DNA from: Burkholderiaceae bacterium
Lineage (GTDB): Bacteria; Pseudomonadota; Gammaproteobacteria; Burkholderiales; Burkholderiaceae_A
Direction: 5' to 3'
Length of the DNA stretch: 64,000 nucleotides
Assembly (NCBI GenBank): GCA_018402635.1
Contig: JAGYIP010000003.1
Location: forward strand, 12,849 to 76,848
The position numbers were made by a program, and so were the translations under genes. The notes beneath the pieces were generated by a model. That model had not been told where the DNA came from. It saw nothing but the letters and a program-made list of their open reading frames with translations, and ran no database searches. Of the stretch, positions 38,700 to 48,484 are shown piece by piece. Within the stretch, counting starts at the first letter, position 1, and every line of letters begins with the position of its first letter.

Positions 38700-39719
38700 C
38701 TAAATTTTGTCGGTGAGCTGTGGAACAACCTCAAACAAATCGGCAACAAGCCCGTAGTCAGCGACTTGAAAAATGGGCGCATCAGGGTCTTTATTAATAG
38801 CAACAATCACCTTGGAATCTTTCATGCCCGCAAGATGCTGAATGGCGCCCGACATGCCAATGGCAATGTAGAGGTTGGGAGCGACCACCTTGCCCGTCTG
38901 ACCCACTTGGTAATCGTTCGGTGCATAGCCTGCATCGACGGCCGCACGCGAGGCGCCAAGCGCTGCACCGAGCTTGTCGGCAAGCGGCGTTAGAACGGAC
39001 TGGTACTGCTCGGCAGAGCCAAGCGCCCGGCCGCCCGAGACAACCACCTTGGCCGAACCCAGTTCGGGTCGTTCGGATTTTGAAAGCGCTTGCGAGACAA
39101 AACGGCTTAGGACGGCAGGCTCAACGGCTGGAACGACTGAAATGGCTGCAGGCTCTGCGGAGGCGGCGACCGCCTCAAAGGCTGTGGTGCGCACCGTGGT
39201 AACAAGGATAGGGTCGACGGACTGCACCGTGGCAATGACATTGCCCGCATAAATGGGCCGCTCAAAGGTGTTGTGGCTAACGACCTTGGTGATGTCGGAG
39301 ATGGCCGCCACGTTAAGCATGGCGGCAAGCCGCGGCGCAAGGTTTTTACCCATGGTGGACGATGGCAAGACAACAGCACGCAGGCCATCTGCCTTGTGGC
39401 CTGCCGAGGCATCGGATGCTAAGGCAGGGTCGAGCATATGAATTAAATGCAGCGCCTGGCTTGCCAGGGCCTCGGCAATGGGCTCGGCATGCGCAGGCCC
39501 ATCGGCAAGCCAGACCTGATGAACGCCCTGGCACCGGGCGGCCTGGTTGGCGGCCTGCTCGGCCTGATGCCCTGCCACCAAGACATGAATTTCAAAGGCC
39601 TGCGGCGCACTGGGATGGGATGCCTGGGCCTTTGCCAGCGCTGCGGCAGCTGTAATGGTGTTAAGGGTTGAGGCCGCAAGGGCCATGTGCTTGTGTTCGG
39701 CAATGACGAGCAGTTTCAT
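38700..39719 (-). CDS. etfA: Electron transfer flavoprotein alpha subunit
   Basis: RPIYAGN, VVSGGR, GASRAAVDAG, QVGQTGK and SGAIQHLAGMKDS motifs. Confidence 0.96.
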   Translation of the reverse strand: MKLLVIAEHKHMALAASTLNTITAAAALAKAQASHPSAPQAFEIHVLVAGHQAEQAANQAARCQGVHQVWLADGPAHAEPIAEALASQALHLIHMLDPALASDASAGHKADGLRAVVLPSSTMGKNLAPRLAAMLNVAAISDITKVVSHNTFERPIYAGNVIATVQSVDPILVTTVRTTAFEAVAASAEPAAISVVPAVEPAVLSRFVSQALSKSERPELGSAKVVVSGGRALGSAEQYQSVLTPLADKLGAALGASRAAVDAGYAPNDYQVGQTGKVVAPNLYIAIGMSGAIQHLAGMKDSKVIVAINKDPDAPIFQVADYGLVADLFEVVPQLTDKI

Positions 39720-39722
39720 GGC

Positions 39723-40472
39723 TTAAATAACCTTTGCTTCGTTTTTTAGTTTTTCAATAAGTTCATCCACCGAGGCCAGCTTGACCCCCGCCGCGCGGCC
39801 GGCCGGTTCGGCCACCTTCAGCTGTTGAAGACGTGGCGCCAGATCAACGCCTAAAGATGCCGCCTCGATGGTTTCGATGTCTTTTTTCTTTGCCTTCATG
39901 ATGTTGGGCAGGGTGACGTAGCGCGGTTCATTGAGGCGCAGATCGGCCGTCACAATGGCTGGAAGCTGAACCGCGATGGTCTGCAGCCCGCCATCGACTT
40001 CACGCGTGACCAGCGCATGATCGGGCTGAAGATCAACCTTAGAGGCGAAGGTGGCCTGCGGCCAGTTCAAAAGCCCTGCAAGCATCTGGCCGGTCTGGTT
40101 GCAGTCGTCGTCAATGGCCTGCTTGCCCATAAGAACCAGGTTAGGCGCCTCACGGGCAACGAGTGCCTGAAGAATTTTGGCCACACCCAGCGGCTGCAAC
40201 AAGGTTTCGCTTGTCACCAGAATGCCGCGGTCTGCCCCCATGGCAAAGGCTGTGCGCAGAACGTCTTGGCTTGCCGCTGTTCCGCAAGTCACTGCAATAA
40301 TTTCGGTGACTTTGCCCTGCTCTTTCAGCCGAACCGCCTCTTCAACGGCAATCTCATCGAAGGGGTTCATGCTCATTTTGACATTGGCAATGTCAACATC
40401 GGAGCCATCGGTTGCAATACGCACTTTGACGTTGTAATCGACAACACGCTTTACGGTAACCAAGACCTTCAT
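39723..40472 (-). CDS. etfB: Electron transfer flavoprotein beta subunit
   Basis: [30 protein letters not shown] and DLRLNEPRY motifs. Confidence 0.97.
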   Translation of the reverse strand: MKVLVTVKRVVDYNVKVRIATDGSDVDIANVKMSMNPFDEIAVEEAVRLKEQGKVTEIIAVTCGTAASQDVLRTAFAMGADRGILVTSETLLQPLGVAKILQALVAREAPNLVLMGKQAIDDDCNQTGQMLAGLLNWPQATFASKVDLQPDHALVTREVDGGLQTIAVQLPAIVTADLRLNEPRYVTLPNIMKAKKKDIETIEAASLGVDLAPRLQQLKVAEPAGRAAGVKLASVDELIEKLKNEAKVI

Positions 40473-40569
40473 ATGCTTTGGATTCCTTTTTCAAATCTTT
40501 TCAAACTGATGGCAGCCCAAGCCATGTCAGGCTACTTAAAACGTCATAATGGAAGTTTTAAATTGTCCC

Positions 40570-41697
40570 ATGAATAAACTTGAGTCCGAGATTCATTATG
40601 CGCCGCTGCCCATGCCTGCGGCAGGCGAACTTCAACAGGTGGCCAAGGGTGTTTATTGGCTGAGAATGCCGCTGCCCTTTGCCCTTGACCATATTAATTT
40701 GTGGCTCGTTGAAGATGCCCTAGACGGCCGCGAGGGCCTCACCGCCATTGACACCGGCATTTCAAACGACGACACCAAGGCCCTTTGGCAGCAAATTGCC
40801 CAGTCGTATTTCAAGGGGCGGCCCCTGCTTCGCGTTGTCTCAACCCATATGCACCCCGACCATGTCGGGTTGGCCCACTGGCTGTGCCAAGGCATGCCAG
40901 ACCCAGAGGGCCAGGCGCAGTTCGAATGGCGGCCCCCGCTGGCCATGACCCTTGGCGAATACGCCACGGCGCGGCTCTGGTCGTCTCGCGCACTTGCCGA
41001 GGAGACCCGCCAGGCCCCAGATGCCCAGGCCACCAGCATGGCCGAGCACTTTCGACGCCATGGCATGACCAACCAGGACGATTACGCCAAGGCCCAAAAA
41101 CGTGATGGCTTTTATGGAAGCATGGTGCCAAGCCTGCCCCTTAACTACCAACGGTTACTGCCCCACAAACCCCTCACCATTGGCGGGATGACCTGGGACA
41201 TTATTATTGGTCACGGGCATTCCCCCGAGCATGCCGCGCTCTTTTGCAAAGACTTAAACCTGCTTGTATCGGGCGACATGGTCTTGCCACGCATCTCAAC
41301 CAATATGTCGGTCTGGGCCACCGAGCCCGACGCAGACCCTCTAGGCCTCTACCTCGACTCGCTGCGACGCTTTGAGCATCTGCCCGAGGACTGCCTTATT
41401 CTGCCCTCGCATGGCAAGCCCTTTGGCGGTGAAAGGCTCGAGACATCAGGCGGGCTGCACACCAGACTACGCCAGCTTCACGAGCATCACGATGACCGGC
41501 TCTCAGAGGCCTTGGCCTTTTGCCAAACCCCAAGAACAGCAGCCCAGGTGCTGCCTGTTCTTTTCCCACGCGCCCTTGACTTTCATCAGTTCACCTTTGC
41601 CATGGGCGAGACGCTTGCCCACCTGAATCGGCTCTGGCATGCCCAGTGCGTTCGTCGTGACTGCATAGAGGGTGTGTTTTATTTCAAGGCGGCTTAG
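40570..41697 (+). CDS. MBL-fold metallo-hydrolase
   Basis: MPLPFALDHIN, THMHPDHVG, GHSPEH, GDMVLP and LPSHG motifs. Confidence 0.9.
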   Translation: MNKLESEIHYAPLPMPAAGELQQVAKGVYWLRMPLPFALDHINLWLVEDALDGREGLTAIDTGISNDDTKALWQQIAQSYFKGRPLLRVVSTHMHPDHVGLAHWLCQGMPDPEGQAQFEWRPPLAMTLGEYATARLWSSRALAEETRQAPDAQATSMAEHFRRHGMTNQDDYAKAQKRDGFYGSMVPSLPLNYQRLLPHKPLTIGGMTWDIIIGHGHSPEHAALFCKDLNLLVSGDMVLPRISTNMSVWATEPDADPLGLYLDSLRRFEHLPEDCLILPSHGKPFGGERLETSGGLHTRLRQLHEHHDDRLSEALAFCQTPRTAAQVLPVLFPRALDFHQFTFAMGETLAHLNRLWHAQCVRRDCIEGVFYFKAA

Positions 41698-41713
41698 CAC
41701 TCGCTGGTAAAGA

Positions 41714-42558
41714 TCAACTCTCAAAGCCATGCTCGGGGCCGGGGTAAACACCCGAGTTCACTTCCGAGACAAAAAGCGCAATGGCAGCCTGAATGTCTGA
41801 TGTCTGGGCAAGGTAGTTCTTTACGAAACGCGCCTTGCGACCCGGGGTCAAATTCAGAATGTCGTAGACCACCAAGACCTGGCCTGTAACATGCGGGCCC
41901 GCGCCGATGCCAATGGTGGGAACGGTTAACGCGGCAGTTAGCTGGGCAGCAAGGGGGCTTGGAATAAGCTCAACCAAGACAATGTCAGCACCCGCCTTTT
42001 CAAGCAGCCTGGCATCGGCTAAAGGGCATCGCCCGCAGCGCCTCGCCCCTGAACCATGTAGCCACCCAAGGTGTGCACGGACTGCGGCGTAAGCCCAAGA
42101 TGCGCGCAGACAGGAATGCCACGCTGGGTAAGAAACGATACGGTAGGCGCAAGCCATGCGCCGCCCTCAAGCTTGACCATCTGGGCGCCGGCCTGCATCA
42201 GCTGGGCCGCATTCTGAAAGGCCTGCTCGGCCGAGGCCTGGTAGCTTGCAAAGGGCATGTCAGCGATGATCATGGACAACGGCGCAGCACGAGCAACACA
42301 GGCGGTGTGGTAGCAGATGTCATCAAGGCTTACTGGAAGGGTGGAGGTATGACCCTGAATAACCATACCCAGCGAGTCTCCCACCAAGAGCATGTCAACA
42401 CCTGCCTCGCACGACACAGTGGCAAACGAGGCGTCGTAGCAGGTGAGCATGGTAAGGCGCCTGCCCTTAGCCCGGGCGGCACGCAACTGCCGAATACCAA
42501 AGGCTTTACGAACCGAGGCTTGCCCCGCAGGGGGCTCATTGCTTGCATAAGCAGTCAT
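41714..42558 (-). CDS. panB: Ketopantoate hydroxymethyltransferase (frameshift at 42021-42023)
   Basis: [23 protein letters not shown] and HLGLTPQSV; then TIGIGAG and GQVLV in the next frame. Confidence 0.93.
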
Positions 42559-42561
42559 GGC

Positions 42562-43498
42562 TTAGTCCTCTTTGTTAAGGGCGTCGTTAAGCTGTGCCTC
42601 GTCAAGACCTCGCACACAGAGCCGTACGAAAGACTTGGCATAACCAGGCAAGAGCCGTGAGCGTCGCAAGGCGATTACCGTGGTGTTCATGGAAAAAATC
42701 TCGCTTGCATCAAGCATAACCAAACCGGCATCGGCCTGGTCGTCAAAGGCAACCGAGGCAATGAGGCCAACCCCCATGCCCAGGCTGACATAGGCCTTAA
42801 TAACATCTGCATCCAAGGCCTCCATCACGATGTCGGGCGCAAGGCCCTCGCGACGAAAGCAGGCATCAATCATGGGCCTGCCTGTAAAGCCCTCGTGGTA
42901 GGTGATGATGGGAAATTCCGCAAGTGCCTTTAAGCTCAGCACTTCGCCCTGGGCCACGCGTTTAGCAAGCCCATGGCCTTGCGGAACAACCACCCCGTGA
43001 TACCAGTTGAAAAAGGGGAAACAGACAAACTTCGGATTGGTTTTCAGAGACTCGGTGGCCACGGCAATATCGGCCTCCCCCGCCTCAAGCAGCTGGGCAA
43101 TTTCAGAGGGGCTTGCCTGGCGCAGGGCCAGACGAACCTTTGGAAAACGTTCACGAAAGGCGCGAACAATTTCAGGAAGCGAATAGCGGGCCTGGGTATG
43201 CGTGGTGGCTAAGACAAGCCGGCCCTCATCGGCCTGATCGAACTGACTTGCTGCACGCTGGATGTTGTCCACGGCCTCGAGCGCAACAAGCGCGTAATGA
43301 AGAACCCGCTCGCCAGGCTCGGTGAAGCCCACCACTTTTTCCTCGACGAACGAAGAGCGTGAGGCCGAGTTCGTCTTCAAGCTCCTTAATGGCCTTGCTG
43401 ACCCCGGACTGAGACCCACCAAGGGAGAGAGCCACGTCGGTGAGGTTAAAGGCATTAAGGCTTGCCTCGCGAAGAATTTTAAGCTGCTGCAGATTCAT
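42562..43498 (-). CDS. cysB: CysB/Cbl-family LysR regulator (frameshift near 43335-43340)
   Basis: MNLQQLK...FNLTDVA..SQSGVSKAIKELEDELG; then ATTHTQARYSLP, ITYHEGFTGR and DADVIKAYV. CysB versus Cbl not resolved. Confidence 0.85.
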
Positions 43499-43509
43499 GA
43501 GCCAAGAGT

Positions 43510-44606
43510 CTACGCCCGAACGTGATTGCGCAGAACAAAACGTGCCGGGTCGATTGCCCTGAGAAGGCGCGCAGGCTCAGGCAGGGGCTCCCCGAGTATT
43601 GATTTCACAAGGCACTCAGCTGCCCAGGGCGCGGTGGAAAGACCGCGCGAACCCAATCCCAGCAGGCAGTAAACCCCCTGCCAGCGAGGCAGCTGCTCAA
43701 GCCTTGACACCGAGCGACTTAGAGAATGCTGGGGATGCACGGCAAGCCCAAGATGCAGAAGTCGGTCACGGGTTGCATGACGCACACCTGTCCAGGCCTT
43801 GGCCTGCTCCAGATAGGGCGTTAGGGCTTGGGCAAGCTCGGGTTTAAATTGCGCAAGCCGTGCAAGGTTCTGGTGATGGTCCTCAGGCCTGACATGCGCC
43901 TGACCGACCCCCGATGAAAACTCGAGCCAATGTAAATGCTGTTGTTCACCAGAGGCGTCAGGGTGCCCTCGTCGCAGACCACGCAGTCGGGCAGCATCGA
44001 TTCAAGGCGCAGCCGATCGGCAGCCGAGGCAATGGCATCGAGCTCAAAATAAGAGACCTGACCCGAGATGGGCGTTAAGTTAAGCTGCAGGGCTTCGGGC
44101 AGCAGCCTGGCATGGCCGGTTGTCACGAACACGGCATCAAAGCCCTGGGCCAGTAAAACATCCACCCCCGTTACCTGAGCGGAAAAACGAAGGCTTAGCC
44201 GGTCTCCAAGACGAGCCTGGGCGTCTTGCAGGCAGGCCTGCCGGAGCCAGGTTAGGTTAGCCCAGCCCCCGGGCTGCATCTCTCCGTTTTCAAGAACCCC
44301 CTGAAGGCCTGCAAACCCCAGGTCTGCAGCCTTGAGGTCCTCAAGCCACTGAAGACTGCGGGCAAGGGCGTGCTGCGAAATCTGGCTGGCAAGGTTGTGG
44401 TCCTTTGAGACAAAGGGGTGAAGCACGCCCACGGTGGCCTGGGCTTGCATCCAGTCCTGCCTCGGACGCGACTCAAACGCAACCAGCTCAAAGGAGGCTT
44501 TCACGAGGGCTAGTGCACGAAGCAGGCTGCAGCCTGCAAGCCCAAGCCCAAGGACGGCAATGCGGCGCGGAACCTGCAAAGGGGTTTGCAATGAAGGAAC
44601 GTCCAT
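43510..44606 (-). CDS. FAD-dependent oxidoreductase resembling the MnmC C-terminal domain, stand-alone (frameshift near 43900-43912)
   Basis: IAVLGLGLAG dinucleotide motif, PGGW, GQVS and GSSF; next frame gives WTGVRHATRDRL, GLGSRGL and IDPARF. Confidence 0.72.
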
Positions 44607-44628
44607 GCGGGCCTACAATAACGCGTTT

Positions 44629-45264
44629 ATGGCGATCTCTAAACAACTTAAGCTTCTCACGTCGGCCTGCGGCTGGGCGTCCGCTCTGCTGGGGCTGGCT
44701 CTTCTTTCGGGTTGCGCAGACAAGCCGGCGACCTTTCACAGCATGGATGTCACCGGCGCAGACTGGGGCCAGGTGTATTCCCTGCCCGACCTTGACGGAC
44801 AGAGGCGTGAGCCGAAAGACTTCCAAGGCAAAGTGACTGCCGTTTTTTTTGGGTTTCTTTATTGCCCAGACGCCTGCCCTAACCACCTGACCAAAATGCT
44901 GGCGCTCAAAGAGCGTCTTGGTGCCGATGCCGATAAGCTTCAGGTGATCTTTGTTACCGTCGACCCCGAGCGCGATGAGCCAGGGGCGTTAAAGACCTTT
45001 CTTGCCTCCTTCGACCCGTCATTCATCGGCCTTCGAGGAAGCCGAGAAGAGACCGACAAGACAGCCAAGGACTTTCGGGTCTACTTTAAAAAGGTGCCCG
45101 GATTGAAGGCCAAAGACAATCCCATGTCCTACACCATTGACCACACTACCTTTAGTTACCTGTTCGACCCGTCGGGATCATTGCGGCTTGTGGTGCCCCA
45201 CGACCTTGCGCTTGACCAGCTTGTTACCGACGTTCAGGCCCTGCTTGAGGGTCCGACGCGTTGA
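44629..45264 (+). CDS. SCO family copper-binding lipoprotein
   Basis: Lipobox LSGC; FFGFLYCPDACP, FVTVDPERD and YTIDH motifs. Confidence 0.93.
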   Translation: MAISKQLKLLTSACGWASALLGLALLSGCADKPATFHSMDVTGADWGQVYSLPDLDGQRREPKDFQGKVTAVFFGFLYCPDACPNHLTKMLALKERLGADADKLQVIFVTVDPERDEPGALKTFLASFDPSFIGLRGSREETDKTAKDFRVYFKKVPGLKAKDNPMSYTIDHTTFSYLFDPSGSLRLVVPHDLALDQLVTDVQALLEGPTR

Positions 45265-46766
45265 CCGCAGCGGTATCGTCCGAGGACAGGCTGGCATCCA
45301 ACCCAGCCGAATTTCCGCCCGCACGTGGGGATGGCCCTAAAGATCGAGAAGCGGGGCAAACCCCAAAACCCGGGGTTCTCGCAGCATTGTGGTTCTGGTT
45401 TGCCCTTGGCTGGATGTCGTTCGGGGGGGCGGGCACACAAGTCTCCATGATGTATGAAGAGTTTGTTGAAAAGCGCAGGTGGATCTCACCACACCGTTTC
45501 ACCCATGCCTTAAGTTACTGCATGATTCTTCCTGGGCCAGAGGCGCAACAGCTTTCTATCTACCTGGGCTGGCTCATGCATGGCCCTCTTGCGGGCATTG
45601 TTGCAGGCCTGCTTTTTCTTATTCCCTCTTTTCTGATCATGACCGCCTTTGGCGGGCTTTATGTTCTGTACGGTCAGATTCCCGAGCTGCAGGCCCTTTT
45701 GTACGGCTTGAAACCGGCCATTCTTGCCATTGTCTTATCGGCCTGCATTCGGCTCGGCCAGAGGGTGTTGGTTGGAAAGCTCTGGTGGGCCGTGATGCTC
45801 ATTAGCATAGGACTGCTTCAGTTTGGGGCGAGCTTTATTACGGTCATTCTGGCAGCGGGGCTTTTGGGCTGGATTGCGCACTTGTTTGCCTCACGACCTA
45901 TTGCGGGGCTGCCAGAAAGCCTAACGCGCCACACCGTTGCCTCCCAACCACCCATTGGGCAACGTTACCGGCTTGCCCGTCGACTCTCGGATGAGAAACT
46001 ACAGGGTAAGGCAATCAACCCTGGCTACATTCTCGACGATGACAGTCCGAGGCACGCGCGGTCCGACCTTGATGCAGGCCGTATTCTTGCTGTGCTGGGA
46101 ATAGGCCTAACCCTGTGGCTTCTTGCCTATGGAGCCCTGGTGGCCTACGCCCCCCCCTTGCTTGCCGAGCTGGCCGCATTTTTTAGTCAAGTGGCATTGG
46201 TTTCATTTGGCAGTAGCTACGCCGTATTGCCTTACCTGTTTGACAACATGGTGGATGCCCGACAATGGGTGAGCACTGGGCAGCTTATTGATGGGCTTGC
46301 CATTAGTGAGATTACCCCAGGGCCCTTGGCCATGATCGGCACCTTTCTTGGCTACATTGCCTCTGCCCAGCACCCCGACCTCACCCAGTTTCCCATTACC
46401 ACCGCAGGCCTTATGGGAGCCTTCGTCGTCACTGCTTTTCTTTTTCTGCCCTCATTCATTTTTGTGCTCGCTGGTGCTCCCTGGGTTGAAGCCACCCGAC
46501 GAATCCCCGCACTCATTGCGCCGCTTACTGCCATTAGTGCGGCATCGGTCGCCCTTATCTTCGACCTTGCCCTCATCTTCGCCAAGTTCATCCTATGGCC
46601 AACGCCCACAGGGGACTGGGGCTCGTTTCGAACCCTTGATCTTGTGGCTGGCCTTATCTCCGCGCTCGCCATTGTCTTGATGCTCCAGTTTCGAATGGGT
46701 ATGGTCATCACCATGCTTATTTGTATTTCGTTAGGCGTGGTGGCAAGCGCGCTAGGGCTGCCCTAG
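45261..46766 (+). CDS. chrA: Chromate efflux transporter, long-chain CHR
   Basis: SFGG, LPGPEAQQL, GLKPA, SFGSSYAVLP, TPGP and FLPSF motifs in two homologous halves. Confidence 0.9.
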   Translation: MTAAVSSEDRLASNPAEFPPARGDGPKDREAGQTPKPGVLAALWFWFALGWMSFGGAGTQVSMMYEEFVEKRRWISPHRFTHALSYCMILPGPEAQQLSIYLGWLMHGPLAGIVAGLLFLIPSFLIMTAFGGLYVLYGQIPELQALLYGLKPAILAIVLSACIRLGQRVLVGKLWWAVMLISIGLLQFGASFITVILAAGLLGWIAHLFASRPIAGLPESLTRHTVASQPPIGQRYRLARRLSDEKLQGKAINPGYILDDDSPRHARSDLDAGRILAVLGIGLTLWLLAYGALVAYAPPLLAELAAFFSQVALVSFGSSYAVLPYLFDNMVDARQWVSTGQLIDGLAISEITPGPLAMIGTFLGYIASAQHPDLTQFPITTAGLMGAFVVTAFLFLPSFIFVLAGAPWVEATRRIPALIAPLTAISAASVALIFDLALIFAKFILWPTPTGDWGSFRTLDLVAGLISALAIVLMLQFRMGMVITMLICISLGVVASALGLP

Positions 46767-47393
46767 TTGACCCCCAGTGGTGATCAATCTGCACTTGGGC
46801 TTTTTGGAGGCCGGTTTGACCCTGTTCACCGCATGCATACAAGGCTAGCTGTGGCTGCTGCCAACCAGTTGAAGTTAACCGAGGTACACTGGCTCGTTAC
46901 TGGGCAGCCCGTGCACAAGCCCGCAGAGGCCTCAAGTGAAGACAGGCTTGAAATGACAAGGCTTGCACTTAATTGGCTTGCCGATGAGCGTATGGTGCTT
47001 GACGACCGAGAAGTGCGGTGGGCGAACCAAGGCCTAACAAACGCCAGCTACAAGACCATCGAGAATTTTCGAGAAGAATTTCCTGATCGCGCATTGGTCT
47101 GGATTCTAGGCGAGGACCAGCTGGAGTTTTTCACCCAATGGCAGCACTGGGAATGGATTATTCGTCAGGTTGAACTTGCCGTCTGTTCGCGTCCATCCGA
47201 GCAGCCAGGCAAGACCTTAAGCGAGCTTCAAAGACAGGGCGCTGCCATTCGCCCTGTAGCAATTGAGCCAGACCATGTCTCTTCCACCCAGATTCGTGAG
47301 CAACTGCAGGAGGGATGGAATTTCTTTAACCAAGAGCTCGTCTGCCCGCCAGTCGCCAGCTACCTTCAGACTGAAAAACTTTACTGCGCCTAG
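46767..47393 (+). CDS. nadD: Nicotinate-nucleotide adenylyltransferase
   Basis: FGGRFDPVHRMH (HxGH-like), WILGED and VSSTQIR motifs; upstream of rsfS. Confidence 0.88.
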   Translation: MTPSGDQSALGLFGGRFDPVHRMHTRLAVAAANQLKLTEVHWLVTGQPVHKPAEASSEDRLEMTRLALNWLADERMVLDDREVRWANQGLTNASYKTIENFREEFPDRALVWILGEDQLEFFTQWQHWEWIIRQVELAVCSRPSEQPGKTLSELQRQGAAIRPVAIEPDHVSSTQIREQLQEGWNFFNQELVCPPVASYLQTEKLYCA

Positions 47394-47421
47394 TTTGCGC
47401 CCACCCTTGGAGACTCCTCGC

Positions 47422-47961
47422 TTGACCACAGACACCACGAAACCAGAGGCCACAAAAGCCGCACGCAAACCCCGAGTAAAGCCGCAGAGTAAGGCGACAA
47501 GCACCGTGGAAGAAGGGCTAAAGCCCAGGCGCGTTGCAAGGGCTGAAAAGGCATTGGACCCCGACTTCTCTATTGAAAGGCTTCAGTTTTTAATTGTGGA
47601 TGCCCTCGAAGACATGAAGGGTCAGTCCATTTCGGTCTTCAATACTCAGGCGCTCTCAGACCTTTTTGACCGCGTGGTCATTGCCAGTGGAACGTCCAAC
47701 CGCCAGACCCGTGCGCTTGCAAACAACGTTATTGATAAGGTGAAGAAAAACGGGGGGAAAATCTACGGCCTTGAGGGCGAGGACACCGGTGAGTGGGTCT
47801 TGGTCGACTGTGGCGATATTATTGTGCATATCTTTCAGCCTGTCGCGCGTGCGCACTTCAGGCTTGAGGAGATTTGGGGAACTGATGAACTGAGCCTGGA
47901 CGAGATAAAGGCAGTGGGTAAGCCGAAGCGCCGTAGCAGCCCTCGAGCGAAAAAGCCTTAG
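47422..47961 (+). CDS. rsfS: Ribosome silencing factor with basic N- and C-terminal extensions
   Basis: DALEDMKG, VIASGTSNRQ, EWVLVDCGDIIVHIFQ and LEEIWG motifs. TTG start at 47422 after GGAG is inferred. Confidence 0.88.
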   Translation: MTTDTTKPEATKAARKPRVKPQSKATSTVEEGLKPRRVARAEKALDPDFSIERLQFLIVDALEDMKGQSISVFNTQALSDLFDRVVIASGTSNRQTRALANNVIDKVKKNGGKIYGLEGEDTGEWVLVDCGDIIVHIFQPVARAHFRLEEIWGTDELSLDEIKAVGKPKRRSSPRAKKP

Positions 47962-47975
47962 TCAGTCCTTAGTCC

Positions 47976-48464
47976 TTAGTCGATGGCAAGACCAAGCCCG
48001 GTGCGAGAAGGGTAAGACGCGAGCCGATAAAGCTCTCCCATTCGGGATATTTCAATCTCCCCATTCCTAACCGATTCAAGCCTCCAGCCGTCGGCATCGG
48101 CATGACGCATACTTAGATAGCGGGTTGGTTCATTGCGTATGCGAACCGCAACAACACTGTCTTGGCCTGCCTGAATAAAACCAACCAACTGAATATCTGC
48201 CTTTTGCAAGGAAAGCGGCTGTTGATCGGCACCGCCAAAAATCTTTTGTAGCGCAGTGGTACCTGATTGGTAGGCCGAATTTGCCTGGCCGGATGGTCCT
48301 GCGGGAGGTAGAGGCGGAAGAAGCACTGAAAGAGCTACGCGATGCAACAGCAATGCTAAAAGCCAGACTACTGACGCCCATACGGCAAAGACCAGCAGAC
48401 GCTCAATGCGAACTGGCCTAGCTTTGGACGTCTTGACCGATGAGCCTGTTTGTAGGGTGGGCAT
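47976..48464 (-). CDS. gspC: T2SS GspC-like protein (TM + HR domain, no PDZ)
   Basis: Single TM, Pro-rich linker, IFGG, IQLVGFIQAG..VAV and WRLESV..EIEISR pattern; follows gspF. Confidence 0.55.
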   Translation of the reverse strand: MPTLQTGSSVKTSKARPVRIERLLVFAVWASVVWLLALLLHRVALSVLLPPLPPAGPSGQANSAYQSGTTALQKIFGGADQQPLSLQKADIQLVGFIQAGQDSVVAVRIRNEPTRYLSMRHADADGWRLESVRNGEIEISRMGELYRLASYPSRTGLGLAID

Positions 48465-48484
48465 TTTTCTGGCGGCTGCCGTGG

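Noticed and set aside
39723-41697. MBL hydrolase divergent from etfBA as a resistance gene or novelty
   Set aside because: No signal peptide, motifs of the cytoplasmic MBL hydrolase class, and an arrangement I recall as common in Burkholderiales.
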